In this document: piece after piece, positions 52,380-60,965 of the stretch
Position numbering within the stretch: the first letter of the stretch is position 1
How the letters are laid out: the number at the start of each line of letters is the position of its first letter
Assembly (NCBI GenBank): GCA_015494465.1
Contig: WGBD01000002.1
Span: forward strand, 3,683-67,682
Length of the DNA: 64,000 nt
Source of the DNA: Candidatus Omnitrophota bacterium
GTDB taxonomy: Bacteria; Omnitrophota; Gorgyraeia; S143-82
Direction: 5' to 3'
The notes under the pieces: generated by a model
The model's input: only the letters and a program-made list of their open reading frames with translations
Databases searched by the model: none
Told to the model about the DNA's origin: nothing
Made by a program: the position numbers and the translations under genes

Positions 52380-53357
52380 TCACCCCTCTCGTAAGAAAAA
52401 CCTGTACAGTCTCGCCTTCTTTTCTACAGAGACTCCCAATGGCAGGTCGAGGACCGATCCATCGGGCCAACTCCTCATCATTTTAACAAATTCCTTATAA
52501 TGGCGGAAATCTATTTGCCTCAAGTCCCCTCTTAGCCTCCGAATGAGTTCCCTGAAGACCCCCCTGCGCAGGGCCTCATGGAGACTTTCCACAAGGGTCC
52601 GACTGAACACGATTTCGGTATCCGAGGAGAAGACGATACCGCCCGAACATATCCGCCGTACCACCTCGGAGATAAACGCAAAGTCCTCCTGCACCACCTC
52701 CGCCAGGTCCGCCAAGCGCTGTTTTACCTTGGGGTTAAACTCCTTTTCTATCAAGGGCATAAGGATGTGCCTGACCTTGTTTCGGGTAAAGTCAAGGGAC
52801 CTGTTGGTAGGATCCTCCCGCCAAGGTATCCCCCTGCCTTTCAGGTATTCCTCTATCTCCCTGCGGGTTACCCGCAAAAGGGGCCTTATCACCCTTACCC
52901 CCCTTTCTTCCCTGAGGACGCGCATGGCCCTCAATCCCTGAAGGCCACATCCCCGGATGATGTTCAGGAGGACGGTCTCCGCCTGATCGTCCAGATTGTG
53001 GGCAACCGCCAGCCAGCCCGCATTTAAGGACTTTGCCAAACCGAACAAGAATTCGTAGCGTGCCTTTCTCAATACCGCCTCCTTTCCCAGACCCGAGGGA
53101 AAGGTCCCATCAAAGCTGGCGGAATAGAACTCAAGGCCGTACCTCTCGGCCAGGTCGCGGACGAAGGCCTCGTCCTCATCGGACTCTGGCCTCTGTTTGT
53201 GGTTGTAGTGGGCCACGATCGGATCAAGGGAGAACTCCTCCGCAAGGCAGGAAATCGCATCCAGCATCGCCACCGAATCAGGTCCTCCGGAGACGGCTAG
53301 GATCCCCCTACCCTTTAGACCCAGCTCGGAAAGGACCTCTATGACCTTTTCCAGCAT
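52380..53357 (-). CDS. tilS: tRNA(Ile)-lysidine synthetase
   Basis: AVSGGPDS, AHNLDDQAET, IRPLL, EDPTN, RNKVR. Confidence 0.95.
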   Translation of the reverse strand: MLEKVIEVLSELGLKGRGILAVSGGPDSVAMLDAISCLAEEFSLDPIVAHYNHKQRPESDEDEAFVRDLAERYGLEFYSASFDGTFPSGLGKEAVLRKARYEFLFGLAKSLNAGWLAVAHNLDDQAETVLLNIIRGCGLQGLRAMRVLREERGVRVIRPLLRVTRREIEEYLKGRGIPWREDPTNRSLDFTRNKVRHILMPLIEKEFNPKVKQRLADLAEVVQEDFAFISEVVRRICSGGIVFSSDTEIVFSRTLVESLHEALRRGVFRELIRRLRGDLRQIDFRHYKEFVKMMRSWPDGSVLDLPLGVSVEKKARLYRFFLREG

Positions 53358-53398
53358 AAAAGGATTGATCCCACAAACGCGGGAAGGAAATCTCTAAG

Positions 53399-53472
53399 TG
53401 GCGGTGACTGGACTCGAACCAGTGACTCCGCGGGTATGAGCCGCGTGCTCTAACCACCTGAGCTACACCGCC
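53399..53472 (-). tRNA. tRNA-Met (CAT), probably elongator; CCA not encoded
   Basis: GGCGGTG TAGCTCAGGTGGTTAGAGC A CGCGG CTCATAC CCGCG GAGTC ACTGG TTCGAGT CCAGT CACCGCC A; paired 1-72, G4/G5, C38. Confidence 0.9.
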
Positions 53473-53515
53473 ATCTTTAGAAATTTATATAGCACAAAAC
53501 CCGTCTAAATCCAAC

Positions 53516-53556
53516 AAAAAAGCCGACAGGCAAACGCCTGCCGGCCGGGATCTCGC
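53516..53556 (-). terminator. intrinsic terminator of the PEP-CTERM gene
   Basis: GGCCGGCAGGC-GTTT-GCCTGTCGGC followed by TTTTTT. Confidence 0.8.
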
Positions 53557-53569
53557 AACCTCAAACGCC

Positions 53570-54439
53570 TCAGGCCCTCTTGCGCCTGCGGACCACACCC
53601 AGACCGACCAGCCCGATACCAAGCAAAACCAAGGAAGAGGGCTCAGGCACCATGTCCCCGGAACCGGTGGCACCACCGTCCTTGATGGTCCAGTTCCAGG
53701 TAGAGGCGTCGTCAGGATCGCCGTCGCTGAAGTCCGGACGACTGGTGCTGTTGAAGGAGAAGGATATGTCCGCACCGTTGTGCTGGGTATTGGTGTCGAA
53801 GTACGGGGCCCAGGCACCACCTATCACATCGAACAGCATCTCCGAATACACCGCAGTTTGAGTAGCAAACCCATAATAAGTGTAGGGGGAACCGGCTATA
53901 GTTCCCATAGGTGCACCTATCAGACGGAGGACTAAGGTCCCGTTAGTGATGGGGGGGAAGGTGCGATTCCCAGTCCTATCAGTAACCGCTGGTGCAGAGG
54001 AGGGATACTGACCGTAGCCCGTAGGCGGATGCATGTAGACGTCTACGACACCGCCCCAACCGTAGTGGAACTGGATACCGCCTACCTCCTGGACCGCTAT
54101 GTGATCCAGACCGTAGAAGAAGGCAGTGAGCTCGTAATCGGCAGTCGCTGCATCGTAAAACCCGGTGATACTGGTGATCCTCAGGATGGAGTAGGCATCC
54201 TCCTTCCCGTCAGCAAAACCATCCCAGACACCGTCGTCGTATACACCAAAGACATTATCTTGGGGATTGAAGTGATAGAAGGGGTTGGTATTCAACGCAG
54301 TGCAACTGCTTCCACTGCAGTCGTACCCCCTACCCCAGTCATAAAGCCAGTCCATGTTGATGGTCACCGGAGTAGCACTGGCCCTCAGGCCGAACAGGAG
54401 CATCATCACCAACAGCGCGTACAGCCTTCCGAGTCTCAT
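53570..54439 (-). CDS. PEP-CTERM sorting domain surface protein
   Basis: Signal peptide; C-terminal VPEPSSLVLLGIGLVGLGVVRRRKRA. Confidence 0.93.
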   Translation of the reverse strand: MRLGRLYALLVMMLLFGLRASATPVTINMDWLYDWGRGYDCSGSSCTALNTNPFYHFNPQDNVFGVYDDGVWDGFADGKEDAYSILRITSITGFYDAATADYELTAFFYGLDHIAVQEVGGIQFHYGWGGVVDVYMHPPTGYGQYPSSAPAVTDRTGNRTFPPITNGTLVLRLIGAPMGTIAGSPYTYYGFATQTAVYSEMLFDVIGGAWAPYFDTNTQHNGADISFSFNSTSRPDFSDGDPDDASTWNWTIKDGGATGSGDMVPEPSSLVLLGIGLVGLGVVRRRKRA

Positions 54440-54500
54440 CCTTCCTACCTCCTTGACTTATAGATGCCTCCAATTTTCGTTCCTTGGCACCAAATTATTA

Positions 54501-54517
54501 TGCCACAGGTGTGCCAA
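54501..54517 (-). promoter_or_regulatory. sigma54 promoter (-24/-12)
   Basis: TTGGCACACCTGTGGCA: GG-N10-GC, about 60 nt upstream of the PEP-CTERM ATG. Confidence 0.72.
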
Positions 54518-54591
54518 CTTGCAAATTATCTAAAGCTCATTAATTGGCAATAGGTTAGGACTTTGATCATTTTCCATTGGGGCCGTCCTGC

Positions 54592-54627
54592 TGTAAAAAA
54601 TCTTGACACCTGTCAAAAAAGTTGACA
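54592..54627. promoter_or_regulatory. tandem enhancer-binding-protein sites (TGT-N11-ACA x2)
   Basis: TGTAAAAAATCTTGACA (54592-54608) and TGTCAAAAAAGTTGACA (54611-54627). Confidence 0.7.
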
Positions 54628-54632
54628 CCCCC

Positions 54633-55112
54633 TCAGCGCGAATGAGGGGAGACAACGCTGATCTTTCCCGACAAAGAAGAGGCACAGACATCCTTTTGCT
54701 TCCCCAAGTCGTTCCACAGGTGCACGCAGGTCCGTTCCTTGGCCTCTCCGGTGTGGAGGAACTCCACTGGCTGGTCTAAGCGGGCCGAGACACCGCTGGG
54801 CAGGCAAAACTCCTCGCCGACGGGATTCCACTTGCCATTCTGTCGAATCGCTATCCTTAGACAATCCCCTTCTAACCACACCCTGGACTGGGTGCGATCC
54901 AACTGGGCCAGGGATCGGGCCCGGCCGAGGACCTCTATAACCCCCCGCAAGGCAGACTTCAACCTCGCCCGCTGGCTGGCCCCTCTAAAAAAAGGGACCG
55001 CCACTCCCAACATAAGCGAGATTATCACCAGAACGACCAGGACCTCTATAAGGGTGAAGGCCCTCTTACCAGTTGGTGATGTCGTCAGCCACGCCACCGT
55101 CGTCTTTTCCAT
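54633..55112 (-). CDS. GspH/FimT-like minor pseudopilin (start uncertain)
   Basis: AFTLIEVLVVLVIISLM prepilin motif; overlaps the gspG end. Confidence 0.8.
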   Translation of the reverse strand: MEKTTVAWLTTSPTGKRAFTLIEVLVVLVIISLMLGVAVPFFRGASQRARLKSALRGVIEVLGRARSLAQLDRTQSRVWLEGDCLRIAIRQNGKWNPVGEEFCLPSGVSARLDQPVEFLHTGEAKERTCVHLWNDLGKQKDVCASSLSGKISVVSPHSR

Positions 55113-55497
55113 TGGGACCAAAGGAATACAGGTCAAACTTATACTTGCGATGCACACCCGGATAGCGGTACTGATAGGGATTGCCCCACGGATCCAGAAA
55201 CCGCCCCTCCTGGTCTAACTGGTCTTCCTTGAGCTCCAGATAGGGCCCGTACCAGTTGGGATCGTCGGAATCGGTGAGGGCGGAGACGACTGCCTTTATG
55301 TCCCCCTTGGGATAGCTGCCCATGTCCTGCTGGTACTGCTCCAGCGCGGACTCCAAGGCAGCGATCTCCGCCTTTGCCCGGGATATGCTCGCCCGCCTGC
55401 GCGCGGTCTGATTGGCGGTCATTATAAATCCCGCCAGTATCCCGATAATCGCGATTACCACCAATAGCTCTATAAGGGTAAAACCGCCTCGCCTCAT
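55066..55497 (-). CDS. gspG: type II secretion major pseudopilin G
   Basis: [41 protein letters not shown]. Confidence 0.9.
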   Translation of the reverse strand: MRRGGFTLIELLVVIAIIGILAGFIMTANQTARRRASISRAKAEIAALESALEQYQQDMGSYPKGDIKAVVSALTDSDDPNWYGPYLELKEDQLDQEGRFLDPWGNPYQYRYPGVHRKYKFDLYSFGPNGKDDGGVADDITNW

Positions 55498-56354
55498 ACT
55501 GCCTCCCCCCTCAAGGCCTCCAAAATAGGAAGCACCAGCCTAACACCCTTTATCGGCATAAGGTGAACACCTGCACAAAAAGGCCTTAGATCCTCTATAA
55601 GCCTCAGGGCCTGATCTATGCCGTATTTTATCTTATCCTGTGGGTTGTCCAACCTCTCTATCTCGTCTATCATCCATCCCGGCACCTCTATGCCCGGGAT
55701 GTTGGCGTTCATAAATCTGGCCATCCTCTCCGAGCGCAACGGGATAATCCCTACCAGTATGGGCAGACCCAGATCTCCAACTTTGTCCAAAAATCTCAAA
55801 AACACCTCTTTCGTATAGACCGCCTGGGTCTGGAAGAACCTCGCCCCGGCAGAGACCTTGGCAAGGCACTTCTGTCTCTCCACCTCCAGGTCCTCGGCGC
55901 CGGGATTCGTTGCAGCGCCTACGCACAGACTGGTATTCTTGCTTATCCAACCTATAAACGAGACGGTATCCAGATCGTACACCGCCTTGGCCTCAGGTTC
56001 GGTTCCCATGTCGGGCGGATCGCCTCCCAGCACCAAAACATTCCTTATCCCAAAGCTCTCCAAGGCGTAAACATCACCCTTTAAGGCCAAGCGGTTCCTG
56101 TCCCTGCAGGTGTATTGGACTATGGGGTTGGCCCCTGACCGCAGTGCCCATAACCCCGCCCCCCAAGGGCTCATCTTGAGGTTCGCCCCGGGCATGTCGG
56201 TGATGTTGACCGCATCTGCCCAACCTGCGACCGCCTTCACCTCATCCAGAAACGCCGATACATCCGAGGAACCGGGGGGGTTCACCTCCAGCGTGACGAG
56301 AAACGGCCTTTCTTTGGAGAGCTCCTCAATGGACTTCACCCGGGCTCCTATCAT
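55494..56354 (-). CDS. metF: methylenetetrahydrofolate reductase
   Basis: AVNITD, TCRDRNR, GGDPP, GARFFQTQ, GVHLM. Confidence 0.9.
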   Translation of the reverse strand: MIGARVKSIEELSKERPFLVTLEVNPPGSSDVSAFLDEVKAVAGWADAVNITDMPGANLKMSPWGAGLWALRSGANPIVQYTCRDRNRLALKGDVYALESFGIRNVLVLGGDPPDMGTEPEAKAVYDLDTVSFIGWISKNTSLCVGAATNPGAEDLEVERQKCLAKVSAGARFFQTQAVYTKEVFLRFLDKVGDLGLPILVGIIPLRSERMARFMNANIPGIEVPGWMIDEIERLDNPQDKIKYGIDQALRLIEDLRPFCAGVHLMPIKGVRLVLPILEALRGEAV

Positions 56355-57220
56355 CTGCCCTCCAGTCTCCTCTTCAAGAGCAGGTACAGGTTCTCCATAA
56401 GCATGACCGTGGTAACCGGGCCAACCCCTCCCGGAACCGGGGTTATCAGCCCTGCCCTTGCCCTGGCGGTCTCGAACTCAACATCCCCAACTATCTTAGA
56501 CCCCACCACATTTATCCCTACGTCTATAACCACTGCGGACTCCCTAATCCAATCCCCCTTTATCAACCTCGCCTTGCCCACCGCAGAGATCACTATCTCC
56601 GCCCGGGATATGTGTTCCGCCAAGAGTCCCCTTTCGGATGTGGCAAGGTGGCACACCGTTACCGTTGCCCCCCTCTGCAAGAGCATCAGGGCCAAGGGCC
56701 GACCTACCACCGCCCCTTCACCTATCACCACGCACTCCTTGCCCCTTAGAGAGACATCACAGCGGTCCAATATACGCATCACCGCCCGTGGCGTTGGGGG
56801 GTATATCGTATCCTCCTGCCGGAAAAACATACCGTATATGTGATAGGGGCTCATGCCTTCCACATCCTTATCTGGTGAAAGGAACCTCAAGGCATCGTAG
56901 ACATCCACCCCTTCGGGAAAGGGGGTATGCAGGATTATCCCATCTATAGTCTCGTCCCGACAGGCCATCTTTACCGCGGAGTTGAGGTCCTCCTGATAGG
57001 GCCGAACCTGTCGGTGTTTGTACTCTATACCCAATCGCTGACAGAGCCTTTGCTGGGCCCGGATGTAGGCCTGGGACTGGGGATTTATCCCCGACTCTAT
57101 ACCTAATAGCACCGGGGCCCGCCCGAGGTCCTTGCGGAGCTCCTCGAAGGCCCGCTCCAAGGACTGGGCAATCTCCTCGGCAATCAGCCGGCCGTTTATC
57201 ACATTACCCTCTATAACCAT
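56351..57220 (-). CDS. folD: methylenetetrahydrofolate dehydrogenase (FolD family)
   Basis: KDVEG, PPTP, ATVTVCH, IDVGIN, TPVPGGVGP. Confidence 0.92.
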   Translation of the reverse strand: MVIEGNVINGRLIAEEIAQSLERAFEELRKDLGRAPVLLGIESGINPQSQAYIRAQQRLCQRLGIEYKHRQVRPYQEDLNSAVKMACRDETIDGIILHTPFPEGVDVYDALRFLSPDKDVEGMSPYHIYGMFFRQEDTIYPPTPRAVMRILDRCDVSLRGKECVVIGEGAVVGRPLALMLLQRGATVTVCHLATSERGLLAEHISRAEIVISAVGKARLIKGDWIRESAVVIDVGINVVGSKIVGDVEFETARARAGLITPVPGGVGPVTTVMLMENLYLLLKRRLEGR

Positions 57221-57292
57221 CTTCTCTTCTCCTCACAGGTCAAAACCACAACTCTGCATAGTATCACGCCCTACGGGAATTTCAACACCCTA

Positions 57293-58183
57293 TTAGGCCC
57301 GAGGATGAAACCTCTTGTAAGTCTCCACGATTCGCCTCTCCTGTAGATGGGTGTATATCTGGGTGGTGGCAATAGAACTGTGGCCGAGGAGTTCCTGTAC
57401 CACCCTGAGATCCGCACCTCCGGACAGCAGTTCGGTGGCGAAGGTGTGACGCAGGGCGTGGGGGCCCTTTCCCTCCGATCGTATCCCCGCCTTCGCCATG
57501 GCCTTCTTCACTATACCCCAGAGGGACTGCCGGCACAGCCTTTTGCCTCTCAACGAAAGGAAGACGACCCCGCTCTCCCTCCCCTTCAACAAGGCCGGCC
57601 GTTCCTGCTCCAGATAGGCACGCAACAACCTCTCCGCCCTCCTGCCAAAGGGGACCACCCGCTCCTTGCCTCCCTTGCCTACCACCCGCAGGAACCGGGA
57701 ATAGAAGTTGACCTCAGGCAGGGTCAGGGAACACAGCTCCGAGGCCCGCAATCCCGTCGAGAATAAGAGCTCTATACAACTGGCATCGCGCCAGCGTACC
57801 GGAGATTTACCATCCACGCAGGCACCTATCATCCTATCCACATCCTCTGCGGACAGGGTAGAAGGCAGGTCCACCGGCAGTTTCAACCCCGGAAAAGAAG
57901 AGATCGGATTTCTTTTGAGGACACCCTCCCGGTACAAAAAACGGAAGAAACCCCTTATCGCAGAGAGACACCTGTTTACCGACCTCGGGGATCTGCGCAC
58001 CCTTCTCAAATATTCCAGGAATTCACCCAAGACATCGCCGTCGACATCGGTATAATCTCGTCGGGTAGACTGCAAAAAATCAGCGAACAATTGCAGATCC
58101 CGTTGATAGGCGATCAGGCTGTTCACCGATAGGCCCCGCTCCACGCTCAAGTAGTCAAGAAAGGCATCTATCAGATCTCGCAT
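57293..58183 (-). CDS. xerD: site-specific tyrosine recombinase XerD/XerC
   Basis: ERGLSVNS..AY..DL, TGLRASEL, GKGGKER, HALRHTFAT, QELLGH, TTQIYTH. Confidence 0.85.
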   Translation of the reverse strand: MRDLIDAFLDYLSVERGLSVNSLIAYQRDLQLFADFLQSTRRDYTDVDGDVLGEFLEYLRRVRRSPRSVNRCLSAIRGFFRFLYREGVLKRNPISSFPGLKLPVDLPSTLSAEDVDRMIGACVDGKSPVRWRDASCIELLFSTGLRASELCSLTLPEVNFYSRFLRVVGKGGKERVVPFGRRAERLLRAYLEQERPALLKGRESGVVFLSLRGKRLCRQSLWGIVKKAMAKAGIRSEGKGPHALRHTFATELLSGGADLRVVQELLGHSSIATTQIYTHLQERRIVETYKRFHPRA

Positions 58184-58770
58184 AGGAAAGGATTCGTTCT
58201 CCTCTCTTCACCTATGGTGGTGCTCTCACCGTGCCCTGGACATACCCGTATCTCATCCGGCAGTTCTAACAACCTCACCAGGGAAGTTTGAAGAGATTCG
58301 TAATCGCTCCCCGGCAGATCCGTGCGCCCTACACTTCCTCTAAAAAGTGTGTCGCCAGAGAAGAGGATTCCCTCTACCGCGAGACAAACGCTACCCTTAG
58401 TATGACCTGGCGTGTGCAGGACGGTAACCTCTATAGGCCCAATACTTACCCTGCCCTCTTTCAACGGAAAACTCATGGGAGGAGACGTTACCTCCATACC
58501 AAACATAGTAGAGAGGTTGAGCTCCGGATCGAGCAACATGTCCGCATCGTAGGGGTGGATGTAAATCGGAGCGGAGAAAAGCCGGTTTCCCGAGATGTGA
58601 TCGAAGTGACCATGCGTGTTCAGGACTGCCACTACCGACAGTCCAAGCTCCTCCACCAGATCCAGCACATCCCTGCTGGCGGGATCTATCACTAGGCATT
58701 CCTCTCCCGAGATGACCAGGTAAGAGTTGGTCTCCAGCGGGCCGTTTATCAGTGTCTCTACCTTAATCAT
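58171..58770 (-). CDS. MBL-fold hydrolase (glyoxalase II-like)
   Basis: THGHFDH, TPGHT.G, SGDTLF..SVGRTD, PGHG. Confidence 0.9.
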   Translation of the reverse strand: MIKVETLINGPLETNSYLVISGEECLVIDPASRDVLDLVEELGLSVVAVLNTHGHFDHISGNRLFSAPIYIHPYDADMLLDPELNLSTMFGMEVTSPPMSFPLKEGRVSIGPIEVTVLHTPGHTKGSVCLAVEGILFSGDTLFRGSVGRTDLPGSDYESLQTSLVRLLELPDEIRVCPGHGESTTIGEERRTNPFLCEI

Positions 58771-58778
58771 ATCTACAG

Positions 58779-59279
58779 TTATTCCACCACTAACCTCTCC
58801 CACAGCTCTGGAGGCTGTTTGCTAGGCAAAAATCGATTGTGGAACCTACGCCTTATCTCGTCCACCTTCTTTTTGGCCCTGGTAATCGGGAGGTTGGCCT
58901 CCTTTAACTTCAAGACCTCCTTGTATATGGCCCTTAACTGGTTAGCGTACCGCTCGATCTCTTTCTTCTCTTCTTCGTAGTCTGAAGGCAGATAATCCGC
59001 AAGGATCTCTAGGTTATACACCGCCTGCTCCATGCTCTTTTTGAGACGCTTTCGACTGTCCGAGTCCATCGCAGACTTGAACTCGTCCATCCACACCTTC
59101 GCAAACACGAAGTGGCGCTCGTAAACCACCTTGGGGTCGACGCTGTATTCCTCAGATGGGGCTCGCACCGTGGTCTTTTCCTTCTTGGGCTCCCTCACGA
59201 ACTTCTTGGCCAGGGAGCCACAGCCCGCCAACAAGAGCCCTGCCAAAACGACGAGAGCAATTTGCCTTAACATCGTCAT
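58779..59279 (-). CDS. hypothetical lipoprotein
   Basis: Lipobox LLAGC followed by a helical charged domain. Confidence 0.7.
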   Translation of the reverse strand: MTMLRQIALVVLAGLLLAGCGSLAKKFVREPKKEKTTVRAPSEEYSVDPKVVYERHFVFAKVWMDEFKSAMDSDSRKRLKKSMEQAVYNLEILADYLPSDYEEEKKEIERYANQLRAIYKEVLKLKEANLPITRAKKKVDEIRRRFHNRFLPSKQPPELWERLVVE

Positions 59280-60961
59280 TCCTCTGCGGTTACTCTTAAG
59301 ACCTCCTCAAAAGTGGTAATCCCCTGGAGAAAGAGTTCAAAGGTATTTTGCCTCAATGTGCGCATCCCACAGTGTTTGACTGCAAACTCCTTTATCTGAT
59401 CCGATGTGGCACCGTCCAAGACCATCTGTCTGATCTCATCGTTCATAGTCAGCGTCTCTATGGTGGCTATCCTCCCAAGATATCCGGTCTTCCTGCACTT
59501 CTCACAGCCCTTTCCCCTATAGAATATCACCCCTTCGGGATATTCAAAACCCTCTTTCTCAAATACCTCTCTAGGTATGTCCACCGGCTCCTTACAATGA
59601 GGGCATATCCTTCGGCAGAGACGCTGGGCAGAAGTCAATACCAAAGAAGAGGCGACCAAGAACGGTTCCACCCCCATGTCCACGAGCCTGGTAATCGCCC
59701 CTGCTGCGTCGTTGGTGTGGAGGGTGCTCAAGACCAAGTGCCCAGTCAAGGAAGCCTTGACCGCTATGTCCGCGGTTTCGGAGTCTCGTATCTCTCCCAC
59801 CAAGACGATGTCAGGGCTTTGTCTCAGTATCGCCCTCAACGCCGAGGCAAAGGTTAGACCTATGTCGTGATTGACCTGAATCTGGGTCAACCCCTCCACC
59901 TGATACTCAACCGGATCCTCTACGGTGATTATGTGCACCTCCGGTCGGTTTAGCTCCTGCAACACCGAATACAGCGTAGTAGACTTACCGCTACCAGTAG
60001 GTCCGGTAACCAATATGAGTCCGTAAGGATGCTTTATCGCCCGCTTAAACTCCTCTAGAGGCTGGGGTAAAAACCCTAACTTATCCAATCCTACTTGGAG
60101 GTTGCTCTTGTCCAAGACCCTCAAGACGAACTTCTCCCCAAAGACCGTTGGGAGGGACGAGACGCGGAAGTCTATCAACTTATCTTTGTGGCGCATCCTA
60201 AATCTGCCGTCTTGAGGCACGCGCCACTCAGTGATGTCCATACCCGACATTATCTTAAGCCTGGTCAAGATAGCGGGTTGGCGGTTCTTAGGGAGGGTGA
60301 AGAACTCGTGTAGGGCACCGTCTATCCTATAACGCAGGCGTATACAGTCCTCCATGGGCTCTATGTGGATGTCGCTAGCGCGTTGGTTTAATCCCTCCTT
60401 TATGACCAAGTTGACCATCCTCACTATCGGGGCCTGCTCGCTCTCGTCCACCACCGTTGAAGAGGCCATAAGCTCGTCGACATTGTCCATCAGGGCTTCT
60501 ATATCCTCGTCTAAGAAGTCCTCATCTCTAGAAGCGGTCCTCAGACTGGATAGAAACTCCTCGATGTCTGGTGGAAAGGCCAAGACCGGCACGATCTCGT
60601 AACCAGTTATCGCCGAGATCTCATCTTTTACCAAGACATCTAGCACATCCATCATCACCAAAGACATCGTATCCCCTAGGGACCCTAGAGGAATAACTTT
60701 TTTCTCCCACATAAGGTTAAAAGGAATGAGATCTGAACGAATGTTCTCCACCTTCAACTTAGTGATGTCTATCCAAGGAATCTGGAGCTCGTCGGATATC
60801 GTCTCCATGAGAGTGATCTTCTGGAGTGGTGTCTTCTCTACGATAACCGTAAACAGATCCTTATCCGATTCGAAACTCCGTATCTCGTTGACCAGATTCG
60901 AGCCAAACCGCCTCTCCAGTATCTCCAATACCCGTCTATCTATAAACTTTTGCCTAGCCAT
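59276..60961 (-). CDS. GspE/PilB family secretion ATPase (copy 2)
   Basis: ASDIHIEP, GPTGSGKST, EDPVEY, GEIRD, TGHL, CPHC..CEKC. Confidence 0.92.
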   Translation of the reverse strand: MARQKFIDRRVLEILERRFGSNLVNEIRSFESDKDLFTVIVEKTPLQKITLMETISDELQIPWIDITKLKVENIRSDLIPFNLMWEKKVIPLGSLGDTMSLVMMDVLDVLVKDEISAITGYEIVPVLAFPPDIEEFLSSLRTASRDEDFLDEDIEALMDNVDELMASSTVVDESEQAPIVRMVNLVIKEGLNQRASDIHIEPMEDCIRLRYRIDGALHEFFTLPKNRQPAILTRLKIMSGMDITEWRVPQDGRFRMRHKDKLIDFRVSSLPTVFGEKFVLRVLDKSNLQVGLDKLGFLPQPLEEFKRAIKHPYGLILVTGPTGSGKSTTLYSVLQELNRPEVHIITVEDPVEYQVEGLTQIQVNHDIGLTFASALRAILRQSPDIVLVGEIRDSETADIAVKASLTGHLVLSTLHTNDAAGAITRLVDMGVEPFLVASSLVLTSAQRLCRRICPHCKEPVDIPREVFEKEGFEYPEGVIFYRGKGCEKCRKTGYLGRIATIETLTMNDEIRQMVLDGATSDQIKEFAVKHCGMRTLRQNTFELFLQGITTFEEVLRVTAEE

Positions 60962-60965
60962 AACA

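Noticed and set aside
53399-53472. tRNA-CAT beside tilS as the lysidine substrate tRNA-Ile2
   Set aside because: The GGCGGTG acceptor stem lacks C4-G69/C5-G68 and the loop has C38, matching elongator Met; it also lacks the initiator 1-72 mismatch
57293-58183. Tyrosine recombinase as a prophage or island integrase
   Set aside because: Length and motifs fit housekeeping Xer; the flanks are core genes with no cargo or att repeats seen
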